A stretch of DNA of 64,000 nucleotides. It comes from an uncultured Gemmatimonadaceae bacterium. Lineage in GTDB: Bacteria; Gemmatimonadota; Gemmatimonadetes; Gemmatimonadales; Gemmatimonadaceae. The notes beneath the pieces are model-generated. The model worked only from the letters and a program-made list of their open reading frames with translations. It was not told the DNA's origin and searched no databases. The stretch covers positions 32,001 through 96,000 of the forward strand of contig CAWJMB010000005.1 in the NCBI GenBank assembly GCA_963843845.1. Direction: 5' to 3'. A program made the position numbers and the translations under genes. Below, piece by piece: positions 20,886 to 31,478 of the stretch (positions are counted from its first letter, which is position 1; every line of letters begins with the position of its first letter).

Positions 20886-21932
20886 ATGCTCGTCACCCGC
20901 ACCGATTTCGGGCTCTATCTCCCCGCCGCCGACCTGCACCTCGATGCGCGCCGCGCGCCCGGCACCGTGTACGTCTCGCACGCCCACAGCGACCACTGCT
21001 CGTTCGCCGAGCACATCGTCTGCACGCCGGAGACGGCCGCGCTGCACACCGCGCGGCGCGGCGCGCGCGAGACGGTGACGATCCCGTTCGACAGACCGAC
21101 GCCCGTCCGCGACGCGACCGTCACGCTCACCCCCGCCGGTCACACGTTAGGCAGCGCGATGATCGTCGCCGAATCGGCCGCGGGGCGCGTGGCCTACACG
21201 GGCGACTACAAGCTGCGCGCGAACCCGTTCTCGCCGCCCGTCACGATCCCGCGCGTCGACACGCTGATCATGGAATGCACGTTCGGCGAGCCACGCTACC
21301 GCTTTCCGGCGGACGACGCGCTGGTGCGGCAGCTGCACGCGTTCGTCGCCGCCGCGTTCGACGAGGGCGCCGTCCCCGTCGTGCTCGGCTACGCGTTAGG
21401 CAAGGGGCAGGAGGCGCTGTGGCACCTGCTGCGCGCCGGCTTCGACGTCTCGGTGCACGGCGCGATCGCGAACATGTGCGATCTCCACGTCGCGCTCGGC
21501 CACCCGTTCCCGGGACCGGGGACGTGGGCGCGCTACACGCGCGACGATCTGCTCGTGCCGGACGCGCCGCGCGTCCTGCTCTCGGTGCCGAACACGCGCA
21601 AGTCGCCGATGGTGCAGAAGCTTCCGAAGAAGCGCGTCTGCCTGCTCACCGGGTGGGCGCTGCACCCCGGGGCGTGGAACATCTACAAGGACTGCGACCT
21701 CGTGCTGCCGCTCTCCGACCACGCCGACTTCGACGAGCTGGTCCGCACGGCGACGGAGAGCGGCGCGTCGAAGGTCTACACGGTGCACGGCCTGCCGAAG
21801 TTCGCCGAGCACCTGCGATCGTTAGGCATCGACGCCGAACACCTGATCGACCACCCGAACGACGCGGAGGCGGGCGACGTGCCGCCGGGCGGGACGGCCG
21901 CGGCGCGGGGGCAGCTCGGGCTCGACCTCTAG
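20886..21932 (+). CDS. MBL-fold/beta-CASP exonuclease of the DNA-ligase-associated type
   Basis: SHAHSDH, AGHTLGSA, YTGDYK, ECTFGEPRYRFP, YALGKGQE, LSDHADF, TVHG. Confidence 0.88.
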   Translation: MLVTRTDFGLYLPAADLHLDARRAPGTVYVSHAHSDHCSFAEHIVCTPETAALHTARRGARETVTIPFDRPTPVRDATVTLTPAGHTLGSAMIVAESAAGRVAYTGDYKLRANPFSPPVTIPRVDTLIMECTFGEPRYRFPADDALVRQLHAFVAAAFDEGAVPVVLGYALGKGQEALWHLLRAGFDVSVHGAIANMCDLHVALGHPFPGPGTWARYTRDDLLVPDAPRVLLSVPNTRKSPMVQKLPKKRVCLLTGWALHPGAWNIYKDCDLVLPLSDHADFDELVRTATESGASKVYTVHGLPKFAEHLRSLGIDAEHLIDHPNDAEAGDVPPGGTAAARGQLGLDL

Positions 21933-21967
21933 GCCGGATCGCGGGTACGTTCGCCGTGTGCGTTCGA

Positions 21968-22043
21968 CAGAAGGAACAGAAGGAACAGAAGCACTGCTCT
22001 GGTGGCCTCGGTTCGGTGCCTTCTGTTCCTTCGGTTCCTTCTG
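21968..22043. repeat. Second copy of the 9-bp-unit inverted repeat
   Basis: CAGAAGGAACAGAAGGAACAGAAGCAC...GTGCCTTCTGTTCCTTCGGTTCCTTCTG. Confidence 0.85.
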
Positions 22044-22086
22044 CCGACGACGCGCGAGCCGAGCGCGAACGCCGAGCGGCCAGGCG

Positions 22087-24352
22087 TCAGGGGACGCGCC
22101 GCGGCGTCGCCGCGCCGGCGGTCGGGTCGGGGAGCGTCACGCGATGCGGGAGCACGACGTCGAACGGCAGGCGCGACTCGCCCGGAGCGGCGCGGAGCGC
22201 CGCGGTCGACGGCACCGTGTACGCGTCCGCCGCGCCCGCGCCGACCTGGTAGCCGAGGTCGCGCAGCGCGCCGACGGTGATCGCGCTCAGCGGATTCGCG
22301 CGGCCGGCGTTGTAGTAGCCCGTCATGAGCTCGGCGTCGAGCACCTCCTCGCGCCAGTGCGCGCCGGCCGTGCCGTCCCCGCCGCCGCTCTCGACGGGGA
22401 CCGCGGTCGGATTCCACCGCGTCCCGCCCGCGGTGCGCCACGCGGAGACGGCGTTGAGCCCCGTGAACTGGGGGTCGGCGGAGGTGGCGCCAGTCAGGAA
22501 GTCCGTCCACGCGGACGACGCGCCGACGCCGAGCGTGTGCATCATCTCGTGCAGCAGGATGTCGGTGAGACGGTCGGTGGACGTGCCGACATCGGATTCG
22601 TCGATCTCCGCCGCCGACACGCGCACCAGACTGTTGCGCCAGGTGAGGCACGGACCGGCCCGCGCGAGCGCCTGCCCGGGACCGTCGATGGGGATCACGG
22701 CGACGAACAGCAGGTGGTTGCGCACCGTCGCCGTGAGTGGCGAGGGGATCCACGCGCCGCAGAAGCCCATGTCGTACGCCGTCAGCGACTGCGTCCCGAC
22801 CGACGTCGTGACGACCGCGCGGATCCGGCGCACCGCCGCCTCCGCAGCGGTGCGCACGGCCGCCGGCACGGTGCCGACGTAGCGCACCTCGATGTCGTAC
22901 GTGCCGGCGCCGGTCGGCGCCGCGGTGACGGAATAGCTGTATGTCGCGCGCGGCGCCGGTCGAGTGCAGCGGGCCGACGTAGAACACGCCGCTCGCCGCC
23001 CCGACGCGCTCCGTCGGCAGCACCACCGCCGCCTCGCCGGCCGCGCTCGTCGCCTGCGTGAGCGGGACGTAGCCGTTCTGCTCCCACGTGACGAGAACGC
23101 CGGCCTGGGGCGTGCCGCCGGCGTCGGTCACGCGCGCCCGGATCATCGTGCGGTCGCCGACGGCGGCCGTCACCGGGTTCGCGCCGACGATCGCGATGCG
23201 CTGCGCGCTCCCGCTGACGACCTGCACCGTCGCCGTCCCCGTGCGCCCCTCGCTCGACGCCGTGAGCGTCGCCGAACCGGCCGCGATGCCGCGTACGGTG
23301 CCGCCCGCGTCGACCGCCACGATCGAGGAATCGCTCGACGCCCACGCGACCGTCCGGCCACTCAGCGCGGTGCCGGCGGCGTCGCGCGGCTGGGCGACGA
23401 GCGTCTGCGTTCCGCCGACGGCGAGCGACGTCGTCGCCGGCGAGACGACGACCGTCGCGACGGCGGCCGGCGCCGTGCTGCCGGTCGACAGCCGGTTCAC
23501 CGACGTGACCTGCCCGCCGGCGAGCTCGAACACCTCCCACGTGGTGCCCGACCCCGAGGGCACCGCGAACGAGCGGGCGAGCTGGCTTCCCACATAGACG
23601 TCGACGCGCGCGCCGGACGCGCTGAGTGCGACCTCGCGCGAGTAGTTGACGACGCGATACCGATAGACGCCGGCCCGCTGTCGCGCGATCGTGACCGTCT
23701 CCGGGCCGCGCCCGCTGACGACGTCCACGTCCTTGCAGGCGTACGGCTCGGCCGTGCAGCTGCCGCCGTCGCTCGACGAGACGCCGAACGGCGCCCCGCT
23801 CGCGGTCGGCCCGTCGAGCTCCGCGTCGAGATCGGTGGGCAGCGCGTTCCACGAGAGCACGACGCGCACGGGTCCCGACCCGACCGACGGCGTCACGGCG
23901 CGGAACGTCGCGTAGACGATCGCGTTCCCCGACACCGGATCGACGGCGCGCACCTCGACCCGCTGCGTGTCGGCGCTCTCGGCGCCGAGCGTCCACCGGT
24001 CGGCGGCACGCCCCTGTGCGTCGGTCGACGCGGCCCCGGCGAACACCGAGCCGCCGCCGGCGACGACGCGGAAGTTCACGACGTAGCCACCGACCGGCCG
24101 ATTCGCCTGGTCGACGACCTGGACGCGGAGCGGCGTCGGCAGCTCCTTCCCGGCCGTCCCCACCTGCACGTCGCCGTCGACGACCTGCACCGCGAGCGAG
24201 GTCACGGCCGGGCCCGCGCGCTCGGCCGCCGTCGAGACGGGATCGGTGCCGCACGCTGCGACGAGCGCCAGCATCACACCACCCGGCCACGCCTGCGCCG
24301 CGGCCCAGCGCATCCGCGCGACAGGAGTCTGCCGCGTCGCTCGAGCATGCAT
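22087..24352 (-). CDS. Lipoprotein with Ig-like domains and a C-terminal leishmanolysin-like (M8) zinc metalloprotease (frameshift near 22950)
   Basis: LVAAC lipobox; Big_2-like VAWASSDSSIVAVD; HEMMHTLG, HWRE..ELMTG. Confidence 0.8.
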
Positions 24353-24513
24353 TCGTGTGGGGGGTGCGAGGAGGGAGGACCGACAGCGGCGTGCGGGTGG
24401 CGCGCCAACATGGGGACACATGAGCCCGCCCGCAACGTCGCGCCTGCGCGACGACCGCGGCGCGATGTGGGGGGCGGCCGGGCGGCGGCATCAGAATCGC
24501 CTAGCGAACGTGC

Positions 24514-26220
24514 ATGGCCGACGACGCGGACGACACGCTGGGCGCCGATTCCTTTCAGCGGTGGACGACCGTCGCCGACGAGGTCCGCGCGACGACGAAG
24601 CGCCTCGCCAAGAGCGCCGCCCTCGAACGCTACCTTCCGACGCTCGCCAGCGACGACACCCTCGCGATCGCCGCCCGCTTCTTCGCCGGCCAGGTCTTCC
24701 CACGCCACGACATGCGCACGACGCAGGTCGGTGGGCGCGCCGTGTTCGACGCCGTCGTCGCGCTGAGCGGGGTCGACGAGGAGGAGGTCCGCGAGCGGTC
24801 GATGATGGCCGGCGAGATCGGCGACCTCGCGCGCGAGCTGTTCGCCGACCGCGCGCCGAGCGGCAAGACGGTAGGCGAGGTGGCGGAGGCGTTCGCGACG
24901 CTCGCCGCGACGCCGGGGAGCACGGCGCGGCGCGCCCTCGTGCGGACGCTGCTCGCGTCGTTCGGCGCGGCCGAGATGCAGTACGCGATCAAGCTGCTGC
25001 TCGGTGGCGAGCTGCGCATCGGCCTCAAGGAGGCGCAGGTCGAGGAGGCCGCGGCGAGGGCGTTCGGCCGGCCGCTCGCGTCGCTGCGCCAGGCGGCGCT
25101 GCTCCGCGGCGACGTCGGCGAGATCGTGGTGCTCGCGCGGCACGACCGGCTGCACGAGGCGCGGCTGTCGCTCTTTCATCCGTTGGGCTTCATGCTCGCG
25201 CAGCCGCTCGAGACGGCGGACGAGATCGTCGAGACGCTCTCGCTGCCCTTCGCCGTCGAGGACAAGTACGACGGCATCCGCGCGCAGGCGCACGTCGGCG
25301 CGGACGCCGCCGGCACGGGCGGCCGCGCGCCGCGCGTCGCGCTCTACTCGCGGACGCTCGACGAGGTCACGCACGGCTACCCCGACGTCGCCGCCGCGCT
25401 CGCCCGGCTCCCCGACGGGTTACCGCGCGCGCGCGGGCTCATTCTCGACGGCGAGCTGATCGCCGTCGACCCTGCCGACCCGACGCGCGCCCTCCCGTTC
25501 AAGGCGCTCCAGCGGCGACTCGGCCGCAAGGCGCCGGACGCGGCGCTGCTCGCCGAGGTGCCGGTGCAGCTCGTCGTCTACGACGTGCTCGCGTGGGACG
25601 GCGCGCTCGTCATCGACGAGCCGTACGAGACGCGACGCGGGCGCCTCACGGCGATCGCCTGGCCCGAGCCCACGGTCCGGCTCGCGCCGAATCGGCTCGT
25701 GTCGACGGCCGACGAGGTCGAGGCGGCGTTCACGAGCGCGCGCGCCGCGGGGAACGAGGGGCTGATCGCCAAGGCGCTCGCGTCGCCGTACACGCCCGGC
25801 CGGCGCGGCAAGCTGTGGGTCAAGCTGAAGAAGGCGCTCGCGACGCTCGACGTCGTCATCACCGGCGCCGAGCGCGGGCACGGGCGGCGCGCGAAGGTGC
25901 TCTCCGACTACACGTTCGCCGTGCGCGCGTCGGAGTCGGACCCGACGCTCCTGAACGTCGGCAAGGCGTACGGCGGGCTGACCGACGTCGAGATCGCGGC
26001 GCTCAGCGAGCGCCTCATCGCCACTACGACGCAGCGCTTCGGGCGCTTTCATCAGGTGACGCCCGAGATCGTGCTCGAGGTGACGTTCGATGTCGTGCAG
26101 CCGTCGGCGCGGCACAAGGCGGGGTTCGCGCTTCGGTTTCCGCGGATCGTGCGGATCCGGGACGACAAGCCGGCGACCGAAGTCGATACGCTCGACAAGG
26201 TGAGAGCGCTCGCGAACTGA
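24514..26220 (+). CDS. ATP-dependent DNA ligase
   Basis: EDKYDGIR (motif I), LDGEL, EGLIAK, YTPGRRGKLWVKLK, ALRFPRIVRIRDDK. Confidence 0.95.
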   Translation: MADDADDTLGADSFQRWTTVADEVRATTKRLAKSAALERYLPTLASDDTLAIAARFFAGQVFPRHDMRTTQVGGRAVFDAVVALSGVDEEEVRERSMMAGEIGDLARELFADRAPSGKTVGEVAEAFATLAATPGSTARRALVRTLLASFGAAEMQYAIKLLLGGELRIGLKEAQVEEAAARAFGRPLASLRQAALLRGDVGEIVVLARHDRLHEARLSLFHPLGFMLAQPLETADEIVETLSLPFAVEDKYDGIRAQAHVGADAAGTGGRAPRVALYSRTLDEVTHGYPDVAAALARLPDGLPRARGLILDGELIAVDPADPTRALPFKALQRRLGRKAPDAALLAEVPVQLVVYDVLAWDGALVIDEPYETRRGRLTAIAWPEPTVRLAPNRLVSTADEVEAAFTSARAAGNEGLIAKALASPYTPGRRGKLWVKLKKALATLDVVITGAERGHGRRAKVLSDYTFAVRASESDPTLLNVGKAYGGLTDVEIAALSERLIATTTQRFGRFHQVTPEIVLEVTFDVVQPSARHKAGFALRFPRIVRIRDDKPATEVDTLDKVRALAN

Positions 26221-26313
26221 CCGTTCGGCTCTCTGCTCACGCGGTGCGTACGGCGTCGGCGAGACGGCGCCGCACCGACTGCGAAGTACCGCCGACGCCG
26301 GGAAGCGGGAGCG

Positions 26314-28230
26314 CTAGATGGAAGGCACCGCGTCGTCCCACAACACCAACCCCCGCACGCGCGCCCCCGCCCCCCGCAACCGCTCCACCTCCCGCGCCAA
26401 CCCGGCGAGCGAGGTATGCCCCGCCCGCGCGCACACGATCACGTCCGGCGCGATCTGGAGCGGCTGCGCTCCCATCTCCCCCGGCGGCGCACCGAGGACC
26501 GCGAAGTCGTAGCGCCGCGCGAGCCGCCCAAGGTCGAGGCGAAGCGTGTCGAGCGCGGAGTCGGTCACCGGGCCGCCGACCGGGGCGGCCGCGAGACCGG
26601 CGGGAACGACGTCGACCGTCAGGTCGCGCCCGACCGCGACCGGCACGATCGCCTCGGCGAGCGGCAGGTTCGAGCGCGCGAGGTCGGAGAGCCCGAGCCG
26701 GCCGCGAACGCCCAACGCCGACGAGAGCAGCGCGCGCCCCATGTCGGTGTCGACGACGAGCGTGCCGCGTCCGTCGACCGCGGCGATCGCGGCGACGTTC
26801 AGGGCGACCGTCGCAACGATCGCCGGGTCGTCGCCGGTGAGCGCGACGACGGGGATCGACGCGCCGGTCGCCGCGAGGCTCAGGTACAACATCCGATAGC
26901 TCTCGACCGACGGGTCGATGAGCGCGGGCAACGTCACGTCCCGGTCCGCCGCGCGGCGCGTCCGCTCGGCGGTCACGCTGTCGGGGCGCACGACGGCGAG
27001 CACGCGAGTCCGCGACACCCGCTCCGCCTCGCCGGCGTCGGCGACCCGGGGACGACGGATCTCGCTGCCCAACAGCACGGCGAACGCCAGCACGAGCGCG
27101 AGCGTGATCGCGCTCGCCAACATCGCGCCCGGCGGCGCCTCGACGTTCGCCTGCGCCCGCGCGGTCGCGACGCGTCGGTCGACGGCCTCGTTGCGCACGC
27201 GGGCCGCGGCGAGCCGCGCCTCCGCGCTGTCGCGCTGCTGCCGCATGGCCAGGCTCGCGGCCGTCTCGGCGGTCGTGTCGACGACGACCGGTGCGGCCGC
27301 GATCGTCCTGTCGAGCGGCTGGGCGTCCGGCGCGGTCCCCGGCACCGCGTTCGGCACCCCGGCCGCGTTCGGAACCCCGGCGGCGCCCGGCACCGGCGGC
27401 GCGGGCACCGTCGGCAGCCGGCGCACTCGGCGCACTCGGCGCGACGTTCGGCGCTCCGGGGGCTGGCGCCACGCTGTCGCCGCCGCTGAGCGCCGCGAGC
27501 TGGTCGCGCACCGCCGACCGCTGCCGGTCGGCGACCCCGTCGATCGAGCGGCCGAGTCGGTTGATCGTGTTCGTGAGCTGCACGTAGATCGGATCGACGC
27601 CGCTCACGACGCCGAACGCCTCGCGCTCGCGCTCCACGTCGTCGAGCGAGTCGACGAGCACGCGCACGCGCGCGTCGTCGCGGAGCGCGCCCGCCTCGGC
27701 GAGCGCGCGGTACGATGTCGGCAGCGGCGGCCGTCTGCGGCGCGGCCGATGAGGCGATCGAGTTCGGCGACGAGGTCGTCAGCGAGTCGCGGCGCGCAGC
27801 GCCGCCGGCGGCGAGCGCGGCGGCGGCTCGCGCCGCGCGCGGCAGCCGCGTACGCTGCGGCGCGCGCGCGGGCCCCCGCCGAGCGCCTCGCCTGCAGCGC
27901 GGAGTCGGCGGCGACGAACGCGGCGCGCGCCTGGACGGCGTCGGCCGCGAGGGCGAGCGTGTCGACCTTCTCCCCGGGGCGCGGCGCGGCGAGACACGCG
28001 AGGCGAGCCGCCTGGCGCGGCAGCAGCACGATCGTGAGCAGCGACGCGACGAGCATGACCGCGGCGAGCCCCGCGAACTGCCAGCGCCGCCGCAGCGCGT
28101 TGCGCGCCCGCGCCGCGGCCCACATCGCGCTGAGCTGCGTGCGCGACGCGCCGCTGCCGAGCTCCTCGCGCGGCACGTGGAACGAGCCCGTGTTGCGCGC
28201 GACTCTGCGGATCGCGTCGACGGTCGCCAT
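26314..28230 (-). CDS. Wzc/CapB-like membrane protein with degenerate P-loop (several frameshifts)
   Basis: TM - coiled coil - TM - ESYRMLYLSL..VALNVA..TLVVDTD..GLSDL..RRYDFAVL architecture. Confidence 0.65.
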
Positions 28231-28253
28231 GAAGGGAAGCTAGCCCCCGACCG

Positions 28254-29204
28254 TCAGTCCGAGGACGGCGCGGGCACGCGCTCGCTCAGATCGCGCGCGA
28301 GCCGCAGCACGGCGCGCTCTTTCGCCTTCGCCTCGACGTCGACCGTGAGGTCCATCGACAGCCACGCCTCGGGGACGTCGGCGACGTCGATGTAGTCGGC
28401 GTGTGGGCGCGCGTTCTTCGCGTCCCACCCGTCGCGCGGCGACGAGACGTGGAACCACGGCTCGCAGGCGAGCGGGCCGAGCGTCCCCGTGTCGCGCGCG
28501 GACCAGGTCGCGGCGGCCAGGTGGCTCGCGTCGGCCGTCGACAGATCGTCCGGGTTGCAGCGATGGTGGTGCGAGTCGTAGACGAGCGGCACGCCGGTGC
28601 GCGCGCAGAGCGGCAGCAGATCGCGCGGCGCGAACAGCCGGTCGTCGTTCTCCAGCGCGAGCCGCGCGCGCGCCGTCGGCGACAGGAGGTCGATCGTCCG
28701 CTCGAGTCGCTCGAGCGCCGCGTCTGTCCCGCCGGCGGCGCCGCCGACGTGCAGCGTCACCGTGTCGGCGCCGACGAGCGCGGCGACGCCGCACTGGAAC
28801 TCGAACTCCTCGATCGACGCCGTCCGGACGCTCTCGCGCTCCGAGTTCAGCACGACGAACTGGTCGGGGTGAAAGCTCAGGCGCACGTTCAGCTCGCGGG
28901 CGAGCGGCGCCACCGCGGCGAACGCGTCGCGGAGCAGCGGGCCGTCGTTCAGCGCGTCGATCGTGTAGCCGGTGACGGGGTGCGTCGCGAGCGGCAGGAT
29001 CTGGCTGTTGATGCGGAACGCGCCGATGCCCAACGCGCGGCACGTGCGCACCGACTCGGCGAGGGCGGCGGCGTTGTTCTCGGCGATGCCGGTGAGGTAG
29101 GCACGGCCCGCCTCGGCGTCGAGGCCGGAGACGTAGCGGTGCGTCGCCGTGCGGAACTTGATCGGGTGATCGACGAAGAGGCAGCAGAGACCGAGACGCA
29201 GCAT
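28254..29204 (-). CDS. uvsE: UV DNA damage repair endonuclease
   Basis: LRLGLCC, FRINSQILPLATHP, RLSFHPDQFVVLNS, LENDD, YDSHHH, HADYI, VEAKAKE. Confidence 0.95.
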   Translation of the reverse strand: MLRLGLCCLFVDHPIKFRTATHRYVSGLDAEAGRAYLTGIAENNAAALAESVRTCRALGIGAFRINSQILPLATHPVTGYTIDALNDGPLLRDAFAAVAPLARELNVRLSFHPDQFVVLNSERESVRTASIEEFEFQCGVAALVGADTVTLHVGGAAGGTDAALERLERTIDLLSPTARARLALENDDRLFAPRDLLPLCARTGVPLVYDSHHHRCNPDDLSTADASHLAAATWSARDTGTLGPLACEPWFHVSSPRDGWDAKNARPHADYIDVADVPEAWLSMDLTVDVEAKAKERAVLRLARDLSERVPAPSSD

Positions 29205-29231
29205 CGACCGGGAGGGCGAGAACGCGAGGGC

Positions 29232-29272
29232 AGCAAAGCGAGAGCGCCGGACCCGAGGAGGGCCCGGCGCTC
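29232..29272 (-). terminator. Intrinsic terminator after the cupredoxin gene
   Basis: Stem GAGCGCCGG..CCGGCGCTC (29242-29272) followed on the minus strand by TCGCTTTGCT. Confidence 0.55.
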
Positions 29273-29300
29273 GCCGAACAGTGAAAGAACGGGGCCGGTC

Positions 29301-29805
29301 TTACTGCGTGACCGTGATGACGCCCTTCATGTTCATCGCGAGGTGCGGCGTGCAGTTGTAGTTGTACGTTCCGGCCGGAACGCCCGCGAACGAGACGGTG
29401 ACCGACTCGCCGGGGTTGTTCAGCAGATTGCTCTGCAGCTCGGCCATCTTGGCCGAGATGTTCGCGTCGAGCTGCGCCGTCGCGCCAGCCGGAATGCCGG
29501 CCGGATCGAACGCGACGTTGTGCGGGCCGCCCGAGACGAAGGTGAACTTCACCGCATCGCCGACCTTGATCTCGAAGTTCGCCGGGCTCGAACCGGTAGC
29601 CCTGCGCGTCGCCGATCATCTTCACTTCGTGCGTCGTGCCGGTCGCCGGGGCCATCGCAGCCGTGCCGGCCGCGGGCGTCGCCGGGGCCGGAGCCATCGC
29701 CGTCGTGTCCGACATCGCAGCCGTCGAATCCGCCTTCTTCTCACCACCACCGCAGGCGCCGAGGACGAGCGCGCCGGCAGCAAACGCATACGCGTAGAAA
29801 CGCAT
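29301..29805 (-). CDS. Plastocyanin/azurin-family copper lipoprotein (frameshift near 29585)
   Basis: LGAC lipobox, Ala/Pro linker, GPHNVAF and CTPHLAMNM type-1 copper ligands. Confidence 0.88.
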
Positions 29806-29997
29806 TGTAGAGAGGCCTCCTAAGCCGTTCTCTTTCGAGCTGAGGCGGACCCACACCATGCGGACCCGCGGATCGCCGGAATGCTCCGGCAGCCGGGCAG
29901 TCTATCCGCCCGTGGGATGGAATGCAATCGCACCTCATCCCGTATGCCATACGGTGCTCGGCCGCGCGAAGTTCCCTCGCGGCTCCCTCGGCTCGGG

Positions 29998-30294
29998 CTA
30001 GCTGCGCCCCCCCTTGACCGTTCCCTTGAGCGTCGCGCCGGCGCGGAACGCGGGCACTTTCGTCGCCTTCGCCTTCACCGGCTCCCCCGTCTGCGGGTTG
30101 CGGAACGTGCGCGCCCCGCGCTTCCGCTGCTCGAACGTGCCGAACCCGGCGAGGGCGACGGTGTCGCCCTTCTTCACGGTCTTCGCGATGACGCCGTCGA
30201 CCGGATCGAACAGCATGTTGACGATCGACGCGGCCTTCGTGCGCGGAAGCTCCGCCTCGTCGGCGACGTACTGGATCAGCTCTGCCTTGTTCAT
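29998..30294 (-). CDS. hup: HU family DNA-binding protein
   Basis: MNKAELI, GFGTFE, RNPQTGE, VPAFRAGATLK. Confidence 0.95.
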   Translation of the reverse strand: MNKAELIQYVADEAELPRTKAASIVNMLFDPVDGVIAKTVKKGDTVALAGFGTFEQRKRGARTFRNPQTGEPVKAKATKVPAFRAGATLKGTVKGGRS

Positions 30295-30402
30295 GATGTC
30301 GTGAGATGGTGATAGATCCTGCCGGTCGTACTCGAGCGGGCGGCAGTCTGACGACGGCGGCCAGCCTTTCGCAAGGCTCGCCGCGCACTTAGGTTGCGCG
30401 CC

Positions 30403-30483
30403 ATGTCAGTCACGCGCCGCCACCATCATGCGCATCACCGCCACGGCCCCGCGGGCCGCGACGACGCGCACGCGCGCGGCTGA
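30403..30483 (+). CDS. hisL: His-rich his-operon leader peptide (26 aa)
   Basis: MSVTRRHHHAHHRHGPAGRDDAHARG-stop upstream of hisG; TAGGTT -10 element 7 nt before ATG. Confidence 0.85.
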   Translation: MSVTRRHHHAHHRHGPAGRDDAHARG

Positions 30484-30558
30484 CATCGACCGCTCCAGGT
30501 CACGCCGCTCTCTGCACGTCTCGCACGGCCCGCCACCCCTGGCGGGCCGTTCTCGTTT
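30451..30558 (+). promoter_or_regulatory. Transcription attenuator (antiterminator plus terminator) of the his operon
   Basis: Terminator ACGGCCCGCCA-CCCC-TGGCGGGCCGT-TCTCGTTT (30525-30558); GCGGGCCG at 30451-30458 is complementary to its 5' arm. Confidence 0.8.
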
Positions 30559-30598
30559 CGCTCCGTTCCGACGGTCTCCGACCCCCGCACGACGCCGC

Positions 30599-31478
30599 AT
30601 GCTCCGTATCGCACTGCCGAACAAGGGGCGCCTGGCCGACGATGCCCGCGAACTGTTCACCGACGCCGGCCTCGAGGTCCGCGACCGCGGCGACCGCGCG
30701 CTCACCGCGTCGCTCGGCGGGGAGTTCGAGGCGATCTTCGTGCGGGCGCAGGACATTCCGGAGTTCGTCGCCGACGGCGCGGCCGACGCCGGCGTCACCG
30801 GCTGGGACCTCGTCTGCGAGAGTGAGCGCGACCTCGACGCGCTGCTCGACCTCGGCTTCGGACGCTGCCGCATCGTCGTCGCCGCGCGTGAGGACAGCGG
30901 AGTGAGGGACGTGGACGGCGCTGGCCGGCTCGGGGACCTCCGCCCTGCGCGTCGCGACCGTGTTCCCGCGCCTGACGACGCGCTTCTTCGCCGCGCGCGG
31001 CCGCCCGGTGACGATCGTGCCCGTCTCCGGCGCTGTCGAGATCACGCCGCACCTCGGCATCGCGGACGCGATCGTCGACCTCACGTCGACCGGCTCGACG
31101 CTGAAGGTGAACGGGCTGCGCGAGATCGCGACGGTGCTCGAGTCGAGTGCGCGGCTCGTCGCCGCCCCCGGCGCGTCGAGCGACCGGCGGGAAGGGGCGC
31201 GCGCGCTGAACGAGCTGGTCGCCGCGCTCGCCTCGGTGCTCCGCGCGCGCGACCGCCGCTACGTCATGGCGAACGTGCCCCGCGCCGCGCTCGACCAGGT
31301 GAAGCAGGTGCTCCCCGGCATCACCGGCCCGACGGTGATCGACATCATGAACGGCGGCACGTTCGTCGCCGTGCACGCCGTCGTCGCCGCCGCGACGATC
31401 TACCGCACGATCGCGCAGCTCAAGGCGTTAGGCGGTGAGGGGATACTCGTGACGCGGATCGAGCGGTTGATGCCATGA
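30599..31478 (+). CDS. hisG: ATP phosphoribosyltransferase, long form (frameshift near 30935)
   Basis: MLRIALPNKGRL, RAQDIP, SGAVEITPHLGIADAIVDLTSTGSTLKVNGL, C-terminal regulatory domain. Confidence 0.95.

Noticed and set aside
29301..29805. Plastocyanin-like gene as evidence of phototrophy
   Set aside because: No photosynthesis genes are in the window, and lipoprotein cupredoxins also serve respiration.
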